64,000 bases of DNA from an uncultured Actinomycetota bacterium (GTDB lineage: Bacteria > Actinomycetota > Actinomycetes > JAHEKZ01): the NCBI GenBank assembly GCA_963743915.1, contig CAVURN010000001.1, positions 32,001 to 96,000 of the forward strand. Direction: 5' to 3'. Made by a program: the position numbers and the translations under genes. The notes below the pieces were generated by a model. That model had not been told where the DNA came from and searched no databases. It saw nothing but the letters and a program-made list of their open reading frames with translations. Of this stretch, positions 61,357-64,000 are shown piece by piece. Each line of letters begins with the position of its first letter. Within the stretch, counting starts at the first letter, position 1.

Positions 61357-62206
61357 GTGCAGAGCCCAGAGCAGCAGCCGAACGACTCGGACCTGCTGAG
61401 CATCGGTCATTTCGCCCGCCTCTCCGGCCTGTCGGTAGGGGCGCTCCGCCACTACGACGACGTGGGACTGCTGGCGCCGGCTGAGGTGGACGCCGCGACG
61501 TCCTACCGCCGCTACCGGCGCGGGCAGCTGGAGTCGGCGCGCCTTGCCGCAGTCCTGCGTGAGCTCGAGATGCCGTTGGAGGAGGTCCGGGAAGTCCTGG
61601 CCTGTGACGACCCGAGCGTGCGCAGAGAGCTGCTCATCCGACACCGAACAAGGCTCGAGGCGCGGACAGCTCGCCTCGGACGGATCCTGCACCGCCTGGT
61701 CCACCTCATCGACCCCGGTCACGTCCCGCAGGAGGAAGCCATGTCCGCACCGAGCGACGAGCTCGACCCGCAGTCCCAGAGGGCTCTGGCTGCTGCCCTG
61801 TTCAACCGGGTCTGGGAGCTGTTGGAGAAGTCTGACCGCACTCGGTCGGAGGACGACGAGATGGTCAATGCAGCGCATGCGAGCCGGTACCTGTGGGGTG
61901 GGGTCGGTGACCAGAAGAACTTCGCGATCGGCGACTGGCAGGTCAGCCGGGTCTACTCGGTGTCTCGGTCGAGGCGAACCTGCGATCCACCACGCCCGGC
62001 GATGTCTGGATCATGCCGGTGAGGTCGAGGGAGAGCCGTGGCTGCTGGCATCGGCCTATGAGGCGCTGGCCAGGGCGTACGCAGTGGCCGGCGATCGTGC
62101 GGCGGCCGGCGAATGGAAGATCAAGGCCGAGCAGCGGTTGGAGCAGGTCACCGATGCCGACGACCGTGAGGTCGTCGCCCGGGACATCGGCACCCTGCCG
62201 GTCTAG
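61357..62206 (+). CDS. MerR-family regulator fused to an uncharacterised helical domain (one +1 frameshift near 61963)
   Basis: LSIGHFARLSGLSVGALRHYDDVGLL.P..VD..T.YRRY; C-domain LFNRVWELL..EMVNAAHASRYLW..GDWQVSRVY; leaderless GTG 7 nt after -10. Confidence 0.88.
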
Positions 62207-62263
62207 CGTCGGGCCTGACGCCCGATTCGGCGTGGCCGCCGAGCCCTGCGAGAATCTGACCTC

Positions 62264-63577
62264 GTGACCTACCCGTTCGACGCCCCCGCCTCCGCCGGCC
62301 TCTTCGACCGCGCGCACGTCGTCACCCCCGGTGGCGTCAACTCCCCGGTCCGCGCCTTCCGCGCCGTGGGGGGAACGCCCCGCTTCATGGTGCGCGGTGA
62401 GGGCCCCTACCTCTGGGACGCCGACGACCGCCGTTACGTCGACCTCGTGTGCTCCTGGGGGCCGATGATCCTCGGGCACGCACACCCTGCTGTCCTCGAC
62501 GCCGTGCAGCGCGCCACGTCCCTCGGGTTCTCGTTCGGCACCCCCGGAGTGGCGGAAGTCGAGCTCGCCGAGGAGATCGTCGCGCGCACCCCCGTCGAGC
62601 AGGTGCGGCTGGTCTCCAGTGGCACCGAGGCCACGATGTCCGCCCTCCGACTGGCCCGCGGGTTCACCGGTCGCGCGAAGGTCGTGAAGTTCGCCGGGTG
62701 CTACCACGGCCACGTCGACTCGCTGCTGGTCGCGGCCGGTTCCGGTGTCGCCACCTTCGGTCTGCCCGACACACCGGGCGTCACCCCCGGGACGGCATCA
62801 GACACCATCGTCCTCCCCTACAACGACGTGGCCGCCGTCGAGAAGGTGTTCGCCGAGGCCGGCGACGAGATCGCGTGCGTCATCACCGAAGCTGCCGCGG
62901 CGAACATGGGTGTGGTGCCGCCGCTCCCCGGGTTCAACGCGCGCCTGGCTGATCTCTGCAACCAGCACGGTGCGCTCTTCATCAGCGACGAGGTCATGAC
63001 CGGTTTCCGGGTCAGCCGTTCGGGCTGGTACGGACTCGAGGGCGTTGAGCCCGACCTGGTCACCTTCGGCAAGGTGATGGGTGGTGGGTTGCCGGCAGCG
63101 GCGTTCGGTGGTCGTGCCGACGTGATGTCCCACCTCGCCCCGGAGGGTGCCGTCTACCAGGCGGGCACCCTCGCCGGAAACCCGATCGCCACCGCGGCCG
63201 GCATCGCCACGCTCCGAGCGCTGGACGCCGAGGTCTATGCCACGGTCGACCGGCGCGCGGAGCAGGTCGGCCAGGCGGTGTCCGACGCCCTGGGGACAGC
63301 GGGGGTGACACACCGCCTGCAGCGGGCAGGTTCACTGTTCAGCGTCTTCTTCACCGATGCCCAGGTCGTCGACTACGACGGTGCACGGACCCAAGAGGCG
63401 TACCGCTACCGCGCCTTCTTCCACGCGATGCTCGAGCGCGGCGTCTACCTGCCACCCTCGGCGTTCGAGGCGTGGTTCCTCAGCGCAGCGCATGACGACG
63501 AGGCGATCGCCGTGGTCCTCGACGCGTTGCCCGCTGCTGCCGAGGCAGCGGCGGCCGCTTCACCGGAGCAGCCATGA
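62264..63577 (+). CDS. hemL: Glutamate-1-semialdehyde 2,1-aminomutase
   Basis: [40 protein letters not shown] and YQAGTL.GNP. Confidence 0.97.
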   Translation: MTYPFDAPASAGLFDRAHVVTPGGVNSPVRAFRAVGGTPRFMVRGEGPYLWDADDRRYVDLVCSWGPMILGHAHPAVLDAVQRATSLGFSFGTPGVAEVELAEEIVARTPVEQVRLVSSGTEATMSALRLARGFTGRAKVVKFAGCYHGHVDSLLVAAGSGVATFGLPDTPGVTPGTASDTIVLPYNDVAAVEKVFAEAGDEIACVITEAAAANMGVVPPLPGFNARLADLCNQHGALFISDEVMTGFRVSRSGWYGLEGVEPDLVTFGKVMGGGLPAAAFGGRADVMSHLAPEGAVYQAGTLAGNPIATAAGIATLRALDAEVYATVDRRAEQVGQAVSDALGTAGVTHRLQRAGSLFSVFFTDAQVVDYDGARTQEAYRYRAFFHAMLERGVYLPPSAFEAWFLSAAHDDEAIAVVLDALPAAAEAAAAASPEQP

Positions 63578-64000
63578 GCGAGCTCACGGTGGTCCACCTG
63601 CTGCGTCACGGCGAGGTGCACAACCCAGAAGCGGTGCTCTACGGCCGCCTCCCCGGCTACCAGCTCTCCGAGCTGGGTCGCAAGATGGCGGCGCGGATCG
63701 CTGAGCACCTCGTCGACGCCGACGTCGCCCACGTCGGCGCGTCTCCTCTGGAGAGAGCCCAGGAGACGGCACAGCCGATCGCCGACGCCCATGGCCTGCC
63801 GATCAAGGTCGACGGACGGTTGATCGAGGCCGACAACGTCTTCGAAGGGCTGACTTTCGGTGTCGGCGACGGTGCGCTCTCGCGGCCCCGCCACTGGAAG
63901 CATCTGCGCAACCCGTTCCGGCCCTCATGGGGTGAGCCCTACCGTGCGCAGGCGCTGCGGATGCTCGGTGCCATGGCGACGGCGCGAGACGCCGCGCGCG
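63574..64000 (+). CDS. Histidine phosphatase (phosphoglycerate mutase) family protein, 3' truncated
   Basis: ATGA overlap with hemL; [29 protein letters not shown] and [11 protein letters not shown]. Confidence 0.9.
   Translation, partial: MSELTVVHLLRHGEVHNPEAVLYGRLPGYQLSELGRKMAARIAEHLVDADVAHVGASPLERAQETAQPIADAHGLPIKVDGRLIEADNVFEGLTFGVGDGALSRPRHWKHLRNPFRPSWGEPYRAQALRMLGAMATARDAAR

Overview
High-GC actinomycete (Actinomycetia) chromosomal window made mostly of conserved core genes. In order: folP-NTF2-folB-folK-DUF3180, an orphan nuoD plus two bPH genes, a P-type ATPase, a MidA/NDUFAF7-like methyltransferase, a large secreted beta-propeller/Ig/PKD protein, panG-like-panC-coaX, lysS-argA, lsr2-clpC, mutY, cheB-cheR-cheW, disA-radA, ppx, TetR-ABC, tadE/tadG-like, PRODH-proC, trkHA, MacAB-like ABC, acuC, an HTH_17 gene, bS22, galE-like, plsC-like, HAD, acyl-CoA ligase, glutaredoxin, rex-hemACDB, ABC-2, MerR, hemL and a phosphatase. 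I found no rRNA, tRNA, CRISPR array, transposase or prophage. Ten genes, including the haem genes hemB and hemD, carry 11 single-base +1 insertions, best read as long-read sequencing errors rather than pseudogenes. The best leads: (1) a CheB/CheR-TPR/CheW module with no kinase or receptor nearby, whose CheB receiver is degenerate; (2) a MerR regulator with an autoregulatory 19-bp-spacer promoter and an internal SD+ATG, giving a TipAL/TipAS-like two-product design with an uncharacterised domain; (3) a standalone NuoD with Trp in place of the quinone-site Tyr, close to its likely arginine methyltransferase; (4) a hairpin 5' leader of the pantothenate operon; (5) a dispersed REP-like palindrome and recurring BldM-like boxes. 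All family assignments come from recognising motifs by eye; no database searches were run.
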